This document shows positions 61,963 through 64,000 of a stretch of 64,000 nt of DNA, piece by piece. The translations under genes were made by a program, and so were the position numbers. Where the stretch lies: positions 93,596 to 157,595 of the forward strand of contig CBDDXD010000002.1 of the NCBI GenBank assembly GCA_965235415.1, written 5' to 3'. The number at the start of each line of letters is the position of its first letter. The first letter of the stretch is position 1. This stretch comes from Candidatus Pelagibacterales bacterium (GTDB lineage: Bacteria; Pseudomonadota; Alphaproteobacteria; Pelagibacterales; Pelagibacteraceae). The notes below the pieces were generated by a model that searched no databases, was not told the origin of the DNA, and was given only the letters and a program-made list of their open reading frames with translations.

Positions 61963-63118
61963 ACAAGATTATATATTTACCAGTGAATCAGTATCAGAGG
62001 GACATCCCGATAAAGTTTGTGACATTATATCAGACTCAGTGCTTGATCTATATTTATCAAAATTTCCAGAAAGTAGAGTTGCTTGTGAAACTTTAGTAAC
62101 TACAAATACGGTTGTGATTGCTGGCGAAGTAAGAGGGCCCGACATAAAAAGCGATGAAATTGAAAAAGTTATTAGATCTAGAGTTAAAGATATTGGTTAC
62201 GAACAAGAAGGTTTTCATTGGAAAAATTTAAAATTTACAAACTATCTTCATAGTCAATCACAAGACATAGCTGCAGGCGTTGATTCATCCGGTAATAAAG
62301 ATGAAGGCGCAGGTGATCAAGGAATAATGTTTGGCTACGCCTGCACAGAAACAAAAGATCTGATGCCAGCACCGATAAGTTATTCTCACAAAGTTTTACA
62401 ATTAATGTCAGAAGCTAGAAAATCTGGAAAAGAAAAATTTTTAAGACCGGATTCAAAAAGCCAATTCTCAGTTATTTATGAAAAAGGAAAACCGAAAGCA
62501 ATTTCTTCAATAGTTGTTTCAACACAACATGATGAGAGTGTTGATCAAGAAAAAGTTAAAGAAATTGTGCGTCCTTACGTTTTGTCTGTAATTCCAAAAG
62601 GATGGATGTGTGATGAGAAACATTTTTATGTTAACCCAACGGGTAGATTTGTTATTGGTGGACCTGATGGTGATACAGGATTAACTGGTCGAAAAATTAT
62701 CGTTGATACTTATGGCGGAGCAGCGCCTCATGGCGGAGGAGCATTTTCAGGAAAAGATCCCACAAAAGTGGATCGATCAGCAGCTTACGTTGCAAGATAT
62801 TTAGCAAAAAATATTGTTGCCGCAGGTGTTTCAGAAAAATGTTTAATTCAATTATCTTATGCAATTGGAGTGTCACAACCTCTTTCAATCTACATCGATT
62901 TATTTGATGGCGAAGATAAAAAATCAAAAAAGATTGAAGAAATTATTTCTAAAAATTTTAATTTAAGTCCAAGAGGTATTCGTGAGTTATTAAAACTTAA
63001 TAAACCAATTTACCAAAAAACAGCGGCCTACGGACATTTTGGCAGACAACCAGAGGACAATGGTTCTTTTAGCTGGGAAAAAATAGATTTAATTAAATAT
63101 TTTCAATCAAAAGTATAA
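61955..63118 (+). CDS. metK: S-adenosylmethionine synthetase
   Basis: [58 protein letters not shown]. Confidence 0.99.
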   Translation: MAKQDYIFTSESVSEGHPDKVCDIISDSVLDLYLSKFPESRVACETLVTTNTVVIAGEVRGPDIKSDEIEKVIRSRVKDIGYEQEGFHWKNLKFTNYLHSQSQDIAAGVDSSGNKDEGAGDQGIMFGYACTETKDLMPAPISYSHKVLQLMSEARKSGKEKFLRPDSKSQFSVIYEKGKPKAISSIVVSTQHDESVDQEKVKEIVRPYVLSVIPKGWMCDEKHFYVNPTGRFVIGGPDGDTGLTGRKIIVDTYGGAAPHGGGAFSGKDPTKVDRSAAYVARYLAKNIVAAGVSEKCLIQLSYAIGVSQPLSIYIDLFDGEDKKSKKIEEIISKNFNLSPRGIRELLKLNKPIYQKTAAYGHFGRQPEDNGSFSWEKIDLIKYFQSKV

Positions 63119-63119
63119 T

Positions 63120-63785
63120 TTGATCGACGACAAGAAAAAGATTTTTTTCGGAAGGTCAAAATCAAGAGCCTTATCCAAAAGTAAAAAATTTTTTTATGAA
63201 AACCATAAAAAAGATTTTTTAGTTAATTTCGAAGACATAAAATTAATTAAAAATAAAGATTTTGTTTTAGAAATAGGATTTGGTTTAGGAGAAAATTTAT
63301 TATTTCAAGCAAGTACTAATCCAAAAGATTATTTTATTGGAGTTGATCCGTTTGTTAATGGTGTAGCTAATATTATCCAAAAAGCTAAAGAATTAAACTT
63401 AAATAACATTTCAATTTTAGATACACCGGTGCAAAAAGTTATAGATAATTTTTTAGATAATTTTTTTTCAAGAATTTTTATTTTATTTCCTGACCCATGG
63501 ATGAAGAATAGGCAAAAAAAAAGAAGATTACTTAATTATTTATTTTTAGAAAAAATTTTAAAAAAGATGAAACTTAAATCGACGTTAATATTTATAACGG
63601 ATGATCAGGATTATTTTAATTACGTGTTAAAAGAGATTTCTTTATTAAAGAAAAAGAATGATACTTTTGAATACAGTTTGAACAACAAGCATCCCATAGT
63701 GGATACAAAATACTTAAATAAAGCCAATAAATTAAAAAAAGATATTTATTTTTTAAATCTTGATAAGTTAAAAAATGTAGCATAG
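63120..63785 (+). CDS. trmB: tRNA (guanine-N7)-methyltransferase
   Basis: LEIGFGLGE, FIGVDPF, LFPDPW.K.R.KKRRL, TD; follows metK. Confidence 0.92.
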   Translation: MIDDKKKIFFGRSKSRALSKSKKFFYENHKKDFLVNFEDIKLIKNKDFVLEIGFGLGENLLFQASTNPKDYFIGVDPFVNGVANIIQKAKELNLNNISILDTPVQKVIDNFLDNFFSRIFILFPDPWMKNRQKKRRLLNYLFLEKILKKMKLKSTLIFITDDQDYFNYVLKEISLLKKKNDTFEYSLNNKHPIVDTKYLNKANKLKKDIYFLNLDKLKNVA

Positions 63786-63812
63786 ATTAAAAGAAATTAT
63801 TGAAAAGTACAG

Positions 63813-63837
63813 AATGGGCTTAGGCCCATTTTTTTTT
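63813..63837 (+). terminator. Intrinsic terminator-like hairpin between trmB and nusA
   Basis: AATGGGC-TTAG-GCCCATT with a 9-T run (63829-63837). Confidence 0.75.
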
Positions 63838-63853
63838 ACAGGAAACAAAACTA

Positions 63854-64000
63854 ATGTTAAATAACAGAGTTGATACAGTAGAACTAATAAGGATAGTTGA
63901 TGCTGTAGCAAATGAAAAATCGATTGATAAAGAGCTTGTTATTACTTCTATGGAAGAAGCCATAGAGAAAGCTGCAAGAACTCGCTATGGACAAGAGAAT
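63854..64000 (+). CDS. nusA: Transcription termination/antitermination factor NusA (5' part)
   Basis: MLNNRVDTVELIRIVDAVANEKSIDKELVITSMEEAIEKAARTRYGQEN matches the alphaproteobacterial NusA N-terminus. Confidence 0.92.
   Translation, partial: MLNNRVDTVELIRIVDAVANEKSIDKELVITSMEEAIEKAARTRYGQEN

Noticed and set aside
2158-62927. Many short antisense or alternate-frame ORFs in the track (e.g. 5869-6168, 20411-20704, 53142-53528, 54357-54611)
   Set aside because: They overlap well-supported genes, show no recognisable motifs, and are expected shadows of AT-rich coding sequence.
1-64000. CRISPR array, IS elements, prophage or integrase, rRNA
   Set aside because: No regularly spaced short repeats, terminal inverted repeats, transposase/integrase/phage motifs or rRNA-like sequence were seen.

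Overview
AT-rich, streamlined alphaproteobacterial chromosome segment. Gene content, order and composition suggest Pelagibacterales/SAR11 (inference, not a database result). It spans the probable replication origin (hemE/ppsR intergenic, 9518-9792), a perfect parS inside rsmG, the mnmE-mnmG-rsmG-parAB cluster, his genes, leuS, the major porin, dnaK-dnaJ-dapB-nth, and the maeB-murJ-trpS...metK-trmB-nusA block. There is one tRNA (Gly-GCC); I found no rRNA, CRISPR array, transposase or integrase. About 18 genes, several normally essential (leuS, holA, ftsK, dapB), are split by small indels. Those traced base by base are insertions, mostly duplicating a neighbouring base; they peak at about 28.8-42.0 kb and are absent after 42.2 kb, so they are most likely sequencing errors. 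The most unusual structure is at 38.7-42.3 kb. An 841-bp direct repeat (dnaJ 3' tail plus dapB) flanks a TPR + SPINDLY/OGT-like (GT41) glycosyltransferase gene, which is preceded by a third, synonymously diverged dnaJ tail. This is either a cassette captured at the dnaJ 3' end or a haplotype chimera in the assembly.
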